A stretch of DNA of 64,000 nucleotides. Origin: Octopus vulgaris. Its lineage: Eukaryota. This document shows positions 41,829 to 56,765 of the stretch, in pieces. Below the pieces are notes generated by a model. The model ran no database searches. It saw nothing but the letters and a program-made list of their open reading frames with translations, and was not told where the DNA came from. Where the stretch lies: the NCBI GenBank assembly GCA_951406725.2, contig OX597825.1:88226001-88290000 (forward strand). Direction: 5' to 3'. Both the position numbers and the translations under genes were made by a program. The first letter of the stretch is position 1. Each line of letters opens with the position of its first letter.

Positions 41829-43670
41829 TATTATTATTATTATTATTAATGGCTATGGAAATACTAGATACTAAATAACGTACTATGAGGAATAACTAAT
41901 TGAATCAGTGTGGACGCAAAATTTATTTAAATTCATCACTTTTTCTGCTCTCAAGATAATTGCATTCAAAAATAGTTTCCGGTAATATCACGAGTAACTA
42001 TTTAAAACAATTTCGTGTTTTCAACAGGAAAGCATTTGATAACCGTTTTGCAAAAGAGAAAATAATTAATCGCAAATGCTTTCCTTTCAACGGGACATTT
42101 GTTATAAGAATTACCATCTCATAAATCTGAGAGCTTGTTAATTTAGTGGCACTTCTGTTCATCAAGTTAATCCATTCTGCAATAAGATTTTTTACTGTCT
42201 AAACTTAACAAGATTTAAAATAACCAGAGTGATATTGTATATATTTCTAATCAACTAAAATAATTGCGTTGCTTTACTTCCATACATGTAATTAATGTTA
42301 CACTCAATCAACTCAGTTTGATACTCCTGGCACAAATGTCAATCATGTTGATATAAATTTCTAATCCCGCAAAACCAACTTTCGCAACAGAAATTCTAAT
42401 AGCAATCGTAATCTAAACTCATTCTCATGATTTCCCTACAGCCATGCAGCTGCTTACATGCTCAACAGTACACAATAGGACCATCAACAACGGAATAGAT
42501 GAATAGCAAGCAGTTTCAATCCGGCAACTCTAGTTCTGTCCTAATAAACTTTATAACATTTCCAAAACTTTTATACACGAATTCATTCAATTTTGCTCTT
42601 TAACTCTTCATATATTCCAAATGTATCTTCTAATTAACCTACATTGTGACTATCCTCATTCAAATTAAAGATTGCTGACGTTCATTAATGCATTTCCGAA
42701 CATCCTATCCCCCTCTCCATGTATCTTTCCCATAGATTAACAGACTTCATCGTCTTTCATAGGAAAAGCGTCTGGAAGTATCTCTCTACTCTGAACCATT
42801 CAGAAAGCCTCTACTTAGACTTTCCAACCGATAGGAATAGGTAATAATTCCCCTTTGAGGTACGGCATAGAATGTTAAATGAAATGCGTTAATCTTACAT
42901 ACAAAAGCTGAGACAAAAACATAAAAAAATACGAATGCCTCTGTTCACAATCCAGTCCATAAGATAATGGCTGACCTGAGTTTGAACAACAATAACAATC
43001 TCTGTACGTTTGTTTCTCAAAATAAAGTCAGTCACTTAATTCACCATGGACGGTAACAAAAGTTGATATACGCAATCATCACATCTATCTCTGTAATATT
43101 GCCAAACACGAAACAAACATAATCATCTTGTCATACTCTCACATCTCAACACACAGTTTCTTTAAATCTGACTCTCCTCTAAAGGACAAGCGATTCAGGA
43201 AAAGAAGTCAGTATATTCAGTAAAAACAACAAAGCGATCACGTTGAAACATTTGCCAATTAATTTTCGAAAATCATTATCTTTCATTTCAGCAGATGTGG
43301 TTTGAGCAAACAAAAGCAATCTATCCTTTTGAATTAAGATAAAAGTGTCACGCTTTTATAAAAGAAGATCTACCTGGCGATGATACGAGCTTAGTAATAA
43401 TATGAGAATTTATAGATACAGTCACTGAATAAAAAGGCATCGAGTAATATGTCAGCCGGTGAATGTAGCATCTGAAAGAACAAGGGAAAACTGAAATAAA
43501 TGCAACCGAGGTAGATGGACTGTTATGTAGAATTTGACAACTACTCAGCCGAAAATATAGATGTATATGTTTCTTTATATATGCATATGAATATAAATGT
43601 ATCAACAGATATGTACGCAGACACGTTCACACTCATATATATGCAAACACACACAGACACACAGACACAC

Positions 43671-43740
<70 letters not shown>

Positions 43741-43764
43741 GTGTGTGTGTGTGTATATATATGT

Positions 43765-44590
43765 ATTTATTTTTGTTTTATTTTATCTTGTTTCAGCTCA
43801 CGAGCTGTGGCCAAGCTGGGGCACCGCCATTTGGTATTGCTACATGATTTTACTTCACGAATGCTTTTTAGCAATTGCTATTTGGTGCATGAAAGAGTTG
43901 TATGCAGCTGCCCTCATCTGCACCTCCTGCCGTGAAGTTGGTTCATCTGGGACACCTGACAGGAATAAATCCAGTTTTATTTTAAAGACATCTGCATCCA
44001 CCCCATGCAGGTCTCTCAGGTTCTTCGGGAGGATATTAAAGAGCTGTGGGCCTCTGAAGCCCAGGCTATCACAGTATCTTGTCCTACATCTTGATGGCAA
44101 ATTTGGAGTTCTTGGCACCATGCAGTGGCGCCCAGTTCTAGCATTTGTGTAACTCTCAATGCCAAAGTTTGGGACAAATCCTTCTAGGATCTTCCAGATG
44201 CATATTATGGCATATCTTTCTCGCCTGCGCCCTAAAGAATAGAGTCTTAATTTCTTGAGTGTTTTTCAGTAGCTTTTATGCTGCTCAGAAGCTATCTTCT
44301 TCGTGTAGCTTCGTTGGATCGCCTGAAGTTCTGTGATCAACTTGACACTGGATGGTGACCATAGCTGAGAGCAATAGTCAAAGTGGCTTAGGACAAGTGT
44401 CCTCCAGAGGACCATCATGGTTTCCTGGTCTCTTGTTCTAAGAATCTATCCGGTCAGCCGCCTACATGCACATGAAAAGTTGCATCATCACTTATGTAAA
44501 TACCTAGGTCTCGCACTGATTGTGTCTCTGGGATTGCAATCCCTCCAGGTCCAGTGTATTTATTGGGTATTACATTTAGTTTTGCATGCT
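43765..44590 (-). mobile_element. CR1-like LINE 3' fragment
   Basis: LWRTLVLSHFDYCSQLWSP, LRLYSLGRRRERY, SLGFRGPQLFNILPKNLR, FKIKLDLFLSGVPDEP; 3' stem-loop cagctc-gt-gagctg and A-rich tail. Confidence 0.85.
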
Positions 44591-44603
44591 GATAGCATGC
44601 AAA

Positions 44604-44646
<43 letters not shown>

Positions 44647-44846
44647 GTATGTATGCTTAAGTAATACTTTATAATCAGGGTTCAGCAAAGATTTGCTTCA
44701 CCACATACCGAAGTTTAGAAATAGCAGTCAAAGAATCTTAGCTATTCCTCGAACTTTAAAAGGGACTGCCAGAAAAACCAGAGTACTTGAGCACAATCCA
44801 GGCAATATGTATGTATATTTATTTATATATATATATATTTTTTATG

Positions 44847-44899
<53 letters not shown>

Positions 44900-47800
44900 G
44901 TATATTTATATATATGTTTATTTATATATATGTATATATATATGTATATTTATATATATGTTTATTTATATATATGTTTATTTATATATATGTATATTTA
45001 TATATATGTATATATATATATTTATTTATATATATGTATATATATATATTTATTTATATATATGTATATATATATATGTATATGTATACTCACATATATA
45101 AACGCATTCGAGTGTGTGCGTGTGTATGTGTGTGTGCTAATTTGGGGATCTGCGTGTGTATATGTGGTAGCAAATTCACTTTATAAAATTTCAGAATGTT
45201 ATACGTGAATAGCAACAGTAAATATCTTTAAATTGTAATTATATGTCGGGCAATCATTTAAAACGCCATGGCCTCACTCAGCCGGCTACGACATAGATTG
45301 CATCATCGAAGACATATATTCAAATGTATTACAAATTATATGACACGCACTTGTATTATTGATCGGAAATCGACCAGTAGACTTGCTTGTAATAGTTGCA
45401 GAGCAGTTTGTGTACCTGACGGGATTTGAACTGGTGTTGTAGACAAATTAAATGTTTTCTCTGACAGTTATCTCAATACGTTACTACTCAATCAACACAC
45501 ATTTCGAATATTACATTATATCATTAGTTTCTGTCTCATCATTTGATGATTGCTGATAAATTGATTTGGTTGTCGAGTCTGTTTGATCAACTGACAATAA
45601 TATTCCCACAGCTGAATTATAATTAAATATTATTCACAAAACGATAATATGCTTGAAAATCCATCTTTAATCAATATTTGTTTATATTACATATTGTTTT
45701 ATTTCTAAATATATAGTTTCCTAAGTCTGTCACTGCACGCTTTATTCTAGAATACAAGCTGATAGTAACCTAGGAACTGATGTTTCATTTTATATTTGAA
45801 AATGATAAACGAACGATCATAAATGCTACGTATATTTATTGTTTTTCCTTCGTGGAATCTAATATTTCGATAGATTTATCCTGAGATTGCATATTTAATT
45901 AAATATTGTTAGCGAAAGAATATCTTGCACCTTAATTCCACGCGGATGTATCTTTTGTACGACACATGTTATTTATTTTTCACGTGAACAGCATGTCCAA
46001 GTGCTATGTATAAACTTTGTTAGGCTGCAGTTTCTGCGGCAGTGTATGTTTTATTCCGAAAACCATACTCTAGATTCAATCAGTATCTTTCTCTTGATCC
46101 ATGCAAAAATCGTTGCTTATTTCTGATGACAGGAAAAAAAATCAATAAACTTTGAGCTTCTTCTCCTCTTGTTTAGTACGCGATGCCTTAACAGCTACAA
46201 ATAAACGTTAGAAACTTTATGTGAATATTGGAATATTGGACAATTTGCGCTACGCTATGTTTTCCTTCACGTTTATTATTACATTGCACCAACAGGAACA
46301 CAATAGAAACAGAAGTGTTTGCTACTTCAGTATAATATCCATCCCTAAGCACTGACATTAATACAATTTGTATTTACTCGAATCTATACAAGAAATGACA
46401 AAAATGCTGGATAGGAAAGCCAGGATGATGACTAAGGAAATAAAACGTCGTTAACAGAAGGGAAGTTGAAAAAGGATGTTTCTACACTCTTTTAAACATT
46501 TAACTTCGTGGCCCAATACCAAATGCAGCCAGCGCAAATAATATTTAACATAAGATACTGAACATTTTCTTAGCATATGCAATCATGACGTGCATTGGAT
46601 TTCCAGCTGCGTTTAGCATTGTTGAAAAACATGCAGTTTATCTTGTTTTGATGGAGAAACTCCTACAATGTTTATCAGCCTGATATAATTTAAGATTTAG
46701 TTACAAGAATGATACATCATTCTCATATGAAATGAGATCTTGCCTATAATGCACTTTATATTTCCACGACATAAGGATATCCTAGTACGGGTTCCTCGTT
46801 ATCATGCAAGACGTTTATTAAAATTTACGCAAATTGAAATATCAAATAATTTTTCAAGTTTGGGTGTTTTGTGCTGTGATGTAGGATTATAAGAATTAAT
46901 TATAATTACTATAGCAAACTACATGGGATTTGCACAGCGATAAAGGGTACGTCATATAGCAATTTTAAGGAAAGGCTATTTATTGGAAGGGTGAGTTATT
47001 TCCATTACACAACAGATGTAAAGTCACGTAAAGAAATGTACATAAATATTTCCGATGAAAGAACCAATTACTTTCAGGAATGCCTATAGATTTCAGTCAT
47101 TTGTTGGCCTTTATAGCTAAAAATGAAAATCAAAAGCAGGATGGTCTTTAGATTTTCTAAAATAATTTGATAAAATCTCTGCTGGAAAGAAATTTAATAC
47201 ACATAAATCATTGTGAGTTAGATGAATCTTTTCTTCGCTGATCATTAAAATGCTTGAAATAGAATCTAAAAATTGGAAGATTTAGTCAGGACATAAAATA
47301 TACCATTCCTGGATCACAATATTAATCTTTTCCAACAGATCGATTATATATTATGTGCGGATATTCAAGATATTTTCTATGGGGTATGTGTAAATATGTA
47401 AATTTCTACAAACCGGAGAATATCACGAGTTGCATTTTTTTATTATTACGTCAATTGTACTTTGTTGTTGAAGGTTGAAAGAAAAGCACGCGTATTTATA
47501 TACTTATTTTAAATTCCATTGAATTACATATGAACCTCAGAGCAATGCACACATATATACACATATATTTAAAGATAATTCCAAACATTTGTATGTTATT
47601 CATAAATACATGCGTAATTACATGCATGCACACACATATGTATATACGTATATTATATATACACACACAACTACAAATATGGATGTACGTTATGAATATA
47701 TAACAGCTCATATATATATATATATATATATAAATTGAGATAGAAAGATATAAATGTAAACATACACACACTTATATATTGACTTAGATAGAAAGATATA

Positions 47801-48282
47801 AATATAAAGCCATATGTGTATTAGTGCTCGCGCGCGTGTGTGTGTGCATATGTGTGTTTTATAGCTGTTCTTGCATTTATATGTATCTGTCTGTGTCATT
47901 GACTAAACATAATATATAGGATACGTGACGAGTCTGTCCATCTATCGAGTTAAGCTCACAATAATCAAATATATACTACTGAATGGGAAATGAATTCACT
48001 TCTGAAGCAATTATGTGTAGGTTTAGGATAACAAATTTACATATGAAATAAAACGTTTCTCAGGAGAGAAATCAATCATCTCAATCTGTTCACAATCTTT
48101 ACTTTCTATCTTCCTGCTTTGTAAGAGTGTCTTCAATAATTTTCTAAGCTCTAAATCACAGACGTGCTGACACGAATGTAAGCTTGTATGTCTGTCTATA
48201 TGCATCCAGGAATATATTACGTATGTTCATTATTTAGGTGCACGCATATGTCTTTATATGTATATATATATATGTATATATG

Positions 48283-48317
<35 letters not shown>

Positions 48318-48348
48318 TTATCTATTTATATGTCGATATATATATGTG

Positions 48349-48403
<55 letters not shown>

Positions 48404-48653
48404 TTATAAATATAGACAGACATGTGATTCCATATATGTATATATGCATGTTTCTCTGTATATACACGTTTATAAACAGCGAAATATACAAAACTGTGGT
48501 AGTGAAATACATGGAATATGTGTAGGTTAGTCACTTATTGTGTCCATAGCGATGATGGATATTTTCTTTTATTTATCAATTGGTGATCCAACTCAGCTGG
48601 ATGCCAAATGAATAACTAAATGCAAAGATGTATAATAATACGCAATATTGTCA

Positions 48654-48705
<52 letters not shown>

Positions 48706-48728
48706 TATACATACACACAAACACACAA

Positions 48729-48779
<51 letters not shown>

Positions 48780-48842
48780 TATATATTATACATACACACA
48801 AACATATATATTATACATACACACAAACACACACACACACAA

Positions 48843-48877
<35 letters not shown>

Positions 48878-49039
48878 TTTATGAATTCGCACGGTTTATT
48901 GCATCTCCTTTTTCGTGTGCACAGTGATGAAGTCAATTGATATTCCCATACAAGTCTATGCAGGTGTGCATTTTCTTAAATTTGTACCTTACCTCTTAAT
49001 ATATTTGTTCTTATAAAATGTCAAAGAAGAATTTCTTAC

Positions 49040-49251
49040 CATCGCAGTCGACTAAAACTTTTCTCGATAAATGACTCACAGACCAAGACGTGTCAGGCTG
49101 GCAGCATTCGGTAACGGCAGCCAGCGTACCTTTCCGTGGAGGAAATTATTGAGGTACATCACGTAGAAGAAAAAATGTATCAATGTTTTGAATGTGACAG
49201 GAAGATGACAGCAATGACAAGAACATGGCCGAAATTTAACCTGGAGTTAAC
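49040..49251 (-). other. Candidate spliced non-coding or 5'-UTR exon ending in ATG
   Basis: Minus strand: tttaatttctccAG| ... gcgATG|GTAAG; non-repetitive sequence; all three frames contain stops. Confidence 0.25.
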
Positions 49252-51109
49252 CTGGAGAAATTAAATAAGATTATTATTTAATGTCCCACCTCCAATAAAA
49301 ATAAAAGAATATCATGTCGGAAACTAGAACTGTAAACTGACAGAAGTTAAGTTTATAATTCTTGCTTTCGAAATGAAGAGACAAATGTAATGCTAAAGTA
49401 TTAGAGAAAAGGTCAAGAGAAATATCGATTATAAATATAATGTGTGTGTGTGTGTGTGAGACTGTGTGCGTGTGTATATGCGCGCGCATGTGAGGAACTT
49501 AACAGTATAACAATAGCTAATGTTCACGGAAAGAGTTACAATTTACAAAGAAAGTTTACAAAATACTTTTGCTACTAAATCGTATTTAGAAAAAATTATA
49601 GAGAAAGCCTAATAAAACACAACAACTCCATTTTCAAAGTGGAAACATCTAAATGATTTATACTAAAACGAAAAAAAGATGATTATACGAAATTAAGGGT
49701 TATTTCAATAATGGCGTATATAATGCAAATGAGCCTTTTGTCGAAGATTGTTTCATTAAAACTGTTTAGAAGAGAGGGTGTTCCTGTTTGGTAAGTTCAA
49801 ATTATTTCATTAGTACGGTCGTCTGACATTAAACATTCTCATTTCATTTCACCAATTGTTGACAAACTAATGTCTCAGGATTGCTTTAGCACAAATGTAG
49901 GAAATTGTGAAGAGAATCCTGTTTGCCATAAGCATATGACCAGTCTATTGAATGAGTAAATGAATTGTGAAATAGGAGAAACTTACTGGAAGGTGTTACT
50001 TAATATTGCTTTCGAGTGAGAGAAGTAATCAACCAGCAATTAAATCGAACAATAAGCTGAAACTGCAAATTGTGTTTGGTATGCAAGTTGGCCATCCTTC
50101 GTAATTTTGCAGCTGGACTTAACAGGATACCTAGAACTGAAATTATTCAGGTTATTTTAGGATCAGAAAGACGCCAATGCACCTGTTGAAAGCTGGAGGA
50201 ATATTGTCTAAAAGAGAATGCTTAATTTAATTTGAGAATGATTAAAGCAATATTTAATTATGCGATCTTCATTGAAATAAGAACTGCTAAACCACATTCA
50301 CGAGAATTCAAAAGGAAGAACGTGAAATTCTTGTTTTTTTTTCTTCTTTCTTTTGTCTGAGGCCTCACTGGTTGTTGAGATTCGTATGTTTACTGATCAC
50401 CTTGAGGAATATCTACAAAACTACAGATCTGGAAAGTAATTTTGTGAGAAATTGATATGGTAGATGATCTCAGGGACGGTATGGTGTTTTAGATTATAGG
50501 AATTAGCAGGAATTGATTATAGGGATTAGAAGGAATATAATTGAGATAAAATATGATTTTGGCGTGAGAGTTAATGAAACTGAGACGAATGAACACATCT
50601 GTAAAATACTAAAAATGTGACGAAAAAATATAGCCCCGCGCACCGTGTGTAAAATTTCATAGGGATTTCGTATTTCTTTACCTAATTTGGGAACGGCCCC
50701 AAAAATCATTTGTTTTCGTTACGTTGTTTATCCTTGTAACTCATATATGTTTCCATCTTGTATATGATTACGAATCTAATCAATCATCTACTAAATTTAT
50801 AGGGATGCTAGTGTTTTCTGCCAGGATGGATTTATGTATAAACTACTTCACTAATTTTAATATAATTTATGGCGAAAGTATTCTAACGGGACTCATATTG
50901 TATTAAGTGTAGATTAACTTTAATTTCCAGGCACTAAGATATTCCAGAATATAGTCATTTTGATATTCTCTGAGATATTTTTGATGCACGTCCATACCTC
51001 TCTTTCTTTGTTGATTGGTATAACGCTCACTATATGGAAGATCCAATTCGGAGATGCCCTCATATTCTCCGTCTTAAAACTAAGCAACCGCAGCGATCTA
51101 ATTGATTAC

Positions 51110-52300
51110 CTCCCTTCCACCTTCATATGTTCCGCAGCTGAATAATTCATTGTTCTTCAGTGTATGGTTTTAGTGGGTTTCCGTATTGAAGTTGTTTAAC
51201 CTTTATCGCAAAGATCAGAAATTATTGATACAACTCAGACTAGAAAAAATTATTCGTTGCGGAAAATGCTTGAGGGGAAGAAATCTACTTCTAGACAATG
51301 CGTAAGGAATTATACCAAGCTGAGCTGTTAATCAATACGTTTTTTTAATCATTGTTGAATAGTGTGTCTTCCCGTTAAGTAATTCCAGCTTCATAAAGAT
51401 TAGCGCAAATGAGTTTCTTGCAGTTTGTTTCTAACGGCAGTTCTTGGCGGGGTGGGTGTCTATGAACGATGCTAACCACACAGAACATGTGTCTCGTGTA
51501 CTCCGCTTTCACATTCAGTGTGATTTTAAAAAACATACTTTCAAAGAGGCTTATATTCTCCAGGTCAGGTGTCGCATCCAGGGTTTTATCATATTTCAGT
51601 GTGCACCAAGCAGGGTTCACAATAAATGCAGAGGGTTTTATCTTAATCATTGCTATATGGTTCATCTTTAATTAAGAAATAATGGTGTTTAGCGTTGTGA
51701 ATTTTTTCCTATTCCCATTTCGTTTAGTTTGTTCGGTGCAACCCACGTGGCGGACATTTTGAAATCTTTTTACCATGACAACTTGTAGCCTCATTATTAA
51801 AAGAGTTTATAAACTTTTCACAAGAACTGTAGTTATTTCTCTTCGGGATTACCTGTTTTCTCATTTGTCTTAGAGAAAGAAATCAGTTTTCTTTTTTTAT
51901 TTCGAGCCTTGTAATAATCTGCTATAGTTATCTGTTAGTTCTCTGCTTGTCATATTTGTAGTTCTACTGTGGATAATTCATAATAGATATTTTGTCGCAT
52001 AATAGTTATAACAACAGTGTCGCTGTAATTATCTCTTTTGCAGGTAAATAAACTTCTATGTCAGATTTTGTTTCATGTATTCTGAATGTAATTATTTTAC
52101 CCGTCTGATCTCATTAATTCATTGAGCGTTCAACTGAGACTTCTATAAATTATTGTTTGGACACCGAGCGTATCGATGCATATTACCTCTTTTTCCTATT
52201 CATTTTAGTTCTACGTTTTAACCCAATACGTTTCCAGTGCTTGTAAATCAATGCCTGGTCGCATTCCGTTATGATTTTATCTTGCAATGCATTAATGTTT
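51110..52300 (-). mobile_element. Possible decayed Penelope-like element
   Basis: KCPPRG, IT..AEYT..IVHRH resemble the PLE linker and GIY-YIG; a decayed CTGAAGA...GGAA-catatg motif lies just downstream (51122-51165). Confidence 0.3.
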
Positions 52301-52978
52301 ACGATGACGTTTTTCCCGTTGTGTTTGATTTGTTGCATTTTACTTCAATAAATATCGAAACAATTGCTCTGGTTACACTGAATATTAACTTCAGCACTGT
52401 TTCTAGTAACTAAACAATTTCAACGTAGAAAGGGAAACGGTCTGGCCCCTTAGAATTTGCTCTTCAATGATTACTCAGGGACAGATAATGTTGTACACAC
52501 ACGCACACACACATACGCATACACAAACACATGCACATTAAAAATCTATGTAAAAACTAGACTCTGAAATTTATTATGATTAGCTTGGTGCACATATTAA
52601 TACATATGATTTTTTCGTCAGGATTGCAATAGAGGCCCATTTTCCAGTGCCGCTATCTAATCTCGTGTCTAAGAAATTACCTTCGTATCTGTACTGATGT
52701 TTAAAATCTGAATCTTCGAATATGCTGTTTGAACTTCTACCAAACATCACTCATTCTATGACCAGTCATTCTTCGGGAAATCAATAGCTTTTCTTTCAAG
52801 ATAATATTGAAATAAAAATCTATATTTGTCATTCTGAAACTCCTTTGAGAAAACGTTGACTAATCTTGCTCTGATGTTTTTACCAATAATTTTGCTTCTG
52901 TAACACCATATCACTTTTTTACTTTAGCAGAAGGAAACAAGCCCAGCATTAACATTCCTAATGTTTCCGTTTCTAATA

Positions 52979-53012
<34 letters not shown>

Positions 53013-53326
53013 ACGCGTACGTATATGTTTATACACACAGACAACTATGTGCACACTCATATATATGATTGCACGCATGCACGCAATACTCTCTGCCACT
53101 CCTCTCCTTCAATATATTTATCTGTGTGTATGTGTGTCACTTTACACACTACCTATAGTATATTCTAAAATACACAAACACACACACGCGTATATATAAT
53201 TTTGCTGATATCACTCATTTACATAAGCGTATTCACATAAGACGATGTATTTGATATAATAGATGACACTCCGGTTCTTCGCATACAAACAAAGACATTG
53301 ATGGGAATATCTTTATATACATATAC

Positions 53327-53373
<47 letters not shown>

Positions 53374-53559
53374 GTACGAAGGCTTGCTAGCAAAGGGGAA
53401 ACCTCAGAGATCTCTTAAGTTTATATTTTGACAGCCAAATTCCCATTAACAGATTTCCTTCAGATCAAATAAATTACACTTTTCGATATATTCATGAAAC
53501 AATGCCGTCTAAAATACTACGATATTCTGAAATCGTCTTTGTGCATAAAATCTTTTATT

Positions 53560-54600
53560 TATAATGCCTTGTCACATATTGATTGTGTAGATATGATCTC
53601 TCTCGCTTCCGAACTTAGATGGACGGAAATGATCCTGCCGGGTTTTCGGGATAAATGTTATGCATAGTAGTGCATGGGATTACGATTGAGGGAATAAAGA
53701 AATCGCAGGCATTTTCAAATAACGACTTTTGACTCTCTTTGGAGGCATGGCATGTAGTCGAATCCTACTTTCATCCCTATGGCCGTACAGTAGCCAGATA
53801 TTTACCCCAGTGTCCGGGAACTTTACATTGCCGACTGAATAGAGCATAAATCTCTGCTCAAAGATGTGGAGCCGAATGACATCGTCACTGGAAACACACT
53901 CAAAGTTCACAGTTTGAGGTAATTCGATTTCCATGATACGTGGGTCATTACATGGATTGTAGGCAAGCCGCGTTTTGTTTTGGGTTCTGTGAAACCGGCC
54001 CTGGCAGAAGATCTCTTCACCTGAGAAGAGCCGGATTATCTCCATCTCACAAGATCTCTCTGTTTAATCAAGAGTTTCTTTGCCTTTTTTGAGTGGTTCT
54101 CCTCGGCCTTGTGCGATTGGTAGGTATGGTCTTCATTTAGGCCAGGTTCATGGTGACGACTCCAACACCCATTATTTTCATCAAAGCCTGGATTGCTTGT
54201 TTCTAACCTTCCATCACCTTGTTATGCAGTTGATAGATTCATATCGGTGTGCGGATGCAGTCAGTTTGTCTGGTTCATTCCTGCTTGAGAGGAATGGCTT
54301 AATAGCCGCTGGTGCAGCTATCAATGTCACATCTTACGTTCTTGCCAGCGTTCACTGCACATTGAGAAGCAGTCATGCTGTCAGGACTTTGAAACCGGCC
54401 ACGAATCATCACGTGACATGCAAATCTTGTTTAATGTTCGATGGTTTTTTTCTCAGCTCCAATTTTAACATATATGCTCCCCAACACCGTTGAGTGTTCA
54501 ACGATATATGAAGCTGTTGCTGAACACAAAAGGAGTCATAACATCGTCAAGTTTAGCTCGTAAACCTTGCATAAACCACACAACGTATTTGAAATGGCCT
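53560..54600 (-). mobile_element. Decayed maT (DD37D)-type Tc1/mariner transposon
   Basis: FSGEEIFCQ..TQNKTRLAY..PQTV..CVSSDDV..HIFEQ and RP*G*K*DSTTCHASKESQ resemble FSDEK..QN.R and RPYVWQQDSAPCH. Ends are approximate. Confidence 0.7.
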
Positions 54601-54624
54601 CATGTTACTCTTCTATCAACAGCC

Positions 54625-54785
54625 CTTTGGTTTCAGTCAATAGGCTGCGGTCATACTGGGGCAGCACCGTATTGGAGAATTTTAATGAAACGAATTCACC
54701 CCAGTACTTACTTTATCCACCTCTTTAGCCGGACCGTTAGCTTACAGGAACATAACCAAACCAACACTAGTTCCCAAGCGGCGTG
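54625..54785 (-). mobile_element. SINE 3' fragment
   Basis: Reverse complement ggtgctgccccagtatgaccgcagcc..gactgaaacc. Confidence 0.55.
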
Positions 54786-54849
54786 AAAGTAGGCACAAAA
54801 GTCCGCGTAAACACACGTAATAGAAATGAAAGCATCTCATTAGTACTCT

Positions 54850-55075
54850 ATTAGTATATTGGTTTCAACATTTGGCAGCAGGTCAGCGATTTCGGGGAAG
54901 GGGCTGAGTCAGTTACCTTGAACCTAGTGCTGAACTGGTACTTGTTTTATCGACCTCGAAACGATAAAATGCAAGTCGACTACGGCGGAAACGGAACTCA
55001 GAATGTAAAGAGTCACGGATTGCCGCTAATCAGTTTAACCCATTCGCTGACCATTCTACCAGCTCAACCCCCTTA
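54850..55075 (-). mobile_element. tRNA-derived SINE (decayed)
   Basis: Reverse complement contains gagctggtagaa, ttctgagttcc, gtcgacttgc, ggtcgataaa, agtaccagtt. Confidence 0.7.
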
Positions 55076-55357
55076 CTCTAGGTAGTCATAGACCGATGTC
55101 TAATGTCCTCCACGGTTTAAGAGAAGTGATTTTTTTATAAAGATTTTCGTTTAATATAAACACACATATGAGGTTTATGCATTAAGTTACTTGATATTAG
55201 GCTTGGGTTTCTCTCGTTATTCACATGTGTAGAAGCAGAACTAACAATGAGCGCTAACAATTAGTACTTAGATGGGAAGTAAAACAATTAACGCCTACTC
55301 GAACTTTTATGAAGAATCGTTTGAAAATAAAAAAAACAAACAAACGTAAAATTAACA

Positions 55358-55720
55358 AGGTGCAGGTGTGTCTGTATAGTAAACAGTTTGCTTCTCAACT
55401 TTATGGTTCTGTGTTCAATTCTACTGTATGAGATCTTTGGCAGGTGTCTCCTATTATAGGCTCGGATTTGGTACGCGGTAACTGTAAGAGGTATGTCGTA
55501 TATGAGAACGTGTGTGTGTGTGTGTGTGTGTGTGCGTGTATGCTTTCACGTCTATCTTCTCAATCGCTTGAGAACTCGTGTTAAATTCTTTACGTTGCCA
55601 GTATGCAGGAGTTCGATAAAGTTAGCGCTGGGGTTGATTCGTTCAAGTAAAGTTTTTCAAGACAACGCCCCGCCACGGCCGCAGTCTATTGACTGATACA
55701 AATAAAAAATAAAAATAATA
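55358..55720 (+). mobile_element. Decayed copy of the second SINE family
   Basis: Collinear with 23384-23759, including the internal (TG)n and the ggccgcagtc..gactgataca tail. Confidence 0.7.
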
Positions 55721-56732
55721 GATAGGTGGATTATCTTTAGGCATATATTTGTATCCGAATTATGTTAGAAAGACAAAACCAGATTCACGTTTTCGTGCGC
55801 GAAGAAAATGTCATATTACATTTCCGTGAAATAAAAAGAATTTTTACAATAACCCTAATTTCAGTAGAAAATATCACCGTTTATGGTATATTCCACGTCC
55901 TTTCTCTCTTTATTTCTCCAACCGTGTCAAATATTTTCAAATCTATACGGCAGGAGGAAATAAGCAAATATTTGCGTTAAAATATTTCTTTATTAATTAC
56001 AGAATTCAAACCACAATACAGTATTTCTTGTAAGAAATCATATAGAATATTATGTCTGTTCAGTTATTCAGTTAATTAATTATCTAATTAAAAGAAATTA
56101 TGATTCGCATTAATCCCAACTTTCAGATATATTTAAATATATAATCAATACTGATATTTTACATTTTATTTCAACGAATCAGATTTCTTGTAATTTAATT
56201 AAGATAACGATGTAAGGACGTATAAATATTTGATGAAATCATGAAAGCAGAACAGTAACAATAAACGTCTTGTGCAAAACAGCAAGTGCTTAATCCGGTT
56301 TTGTCTTCCTTTTAGGATGTATCAGGAATAATACACATAATTACCAACATTATCTTTGACGATTCGGCCAGCCCATTCTCTAATCGTACGGTTTTCAAAA
56401 ACCTGTGAGTATTCAGTTTCCTATTATTTGTTGTGCAAAAGGCTTCGTCAGAGTTCGTATGTTGATAACTGGAATACATTTGCAACTAAAACAATAGGGA
56501 CGAGTGTGAATGTGTAAGTACTATACATTGAAGATACTTGAATAGTATAAATTTTTACTTTCTGTGGACGGCAACTGGACCAAAACAGTATTTACAATGG
56601 TTTAATGAGAGAAGACAAAGGATACTATTTAACTCATTAATTTCGTTGGCCGTTGAAAGAGATGAAAGCAAACAAATTGCCGGAAAATATCAGGAGACGA
56701 ATTTAGTTCCTGCCATGCCACAATGCACAGGA

Positions 56733-56765
<33 letters not shown>

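Noticed and set aside
44700-44765. CCGAAGT followed by an aatagc/gctatt hairpin
   Set aside because: No correctly placed GAAA and no UH or stem I closure.
52030-52050. ttttgcAG|GTaaat recursive-splice-like site
   Set aside because: A single short motif is expected by chance in 64 kb, and there is no evidence for a plus-strand host transcript.
56405-56456. Minus-strand CTGACGA...GAAAC hammerhead candidate
   Set aside because: Stem II is out of register and stems I and III do not pair.
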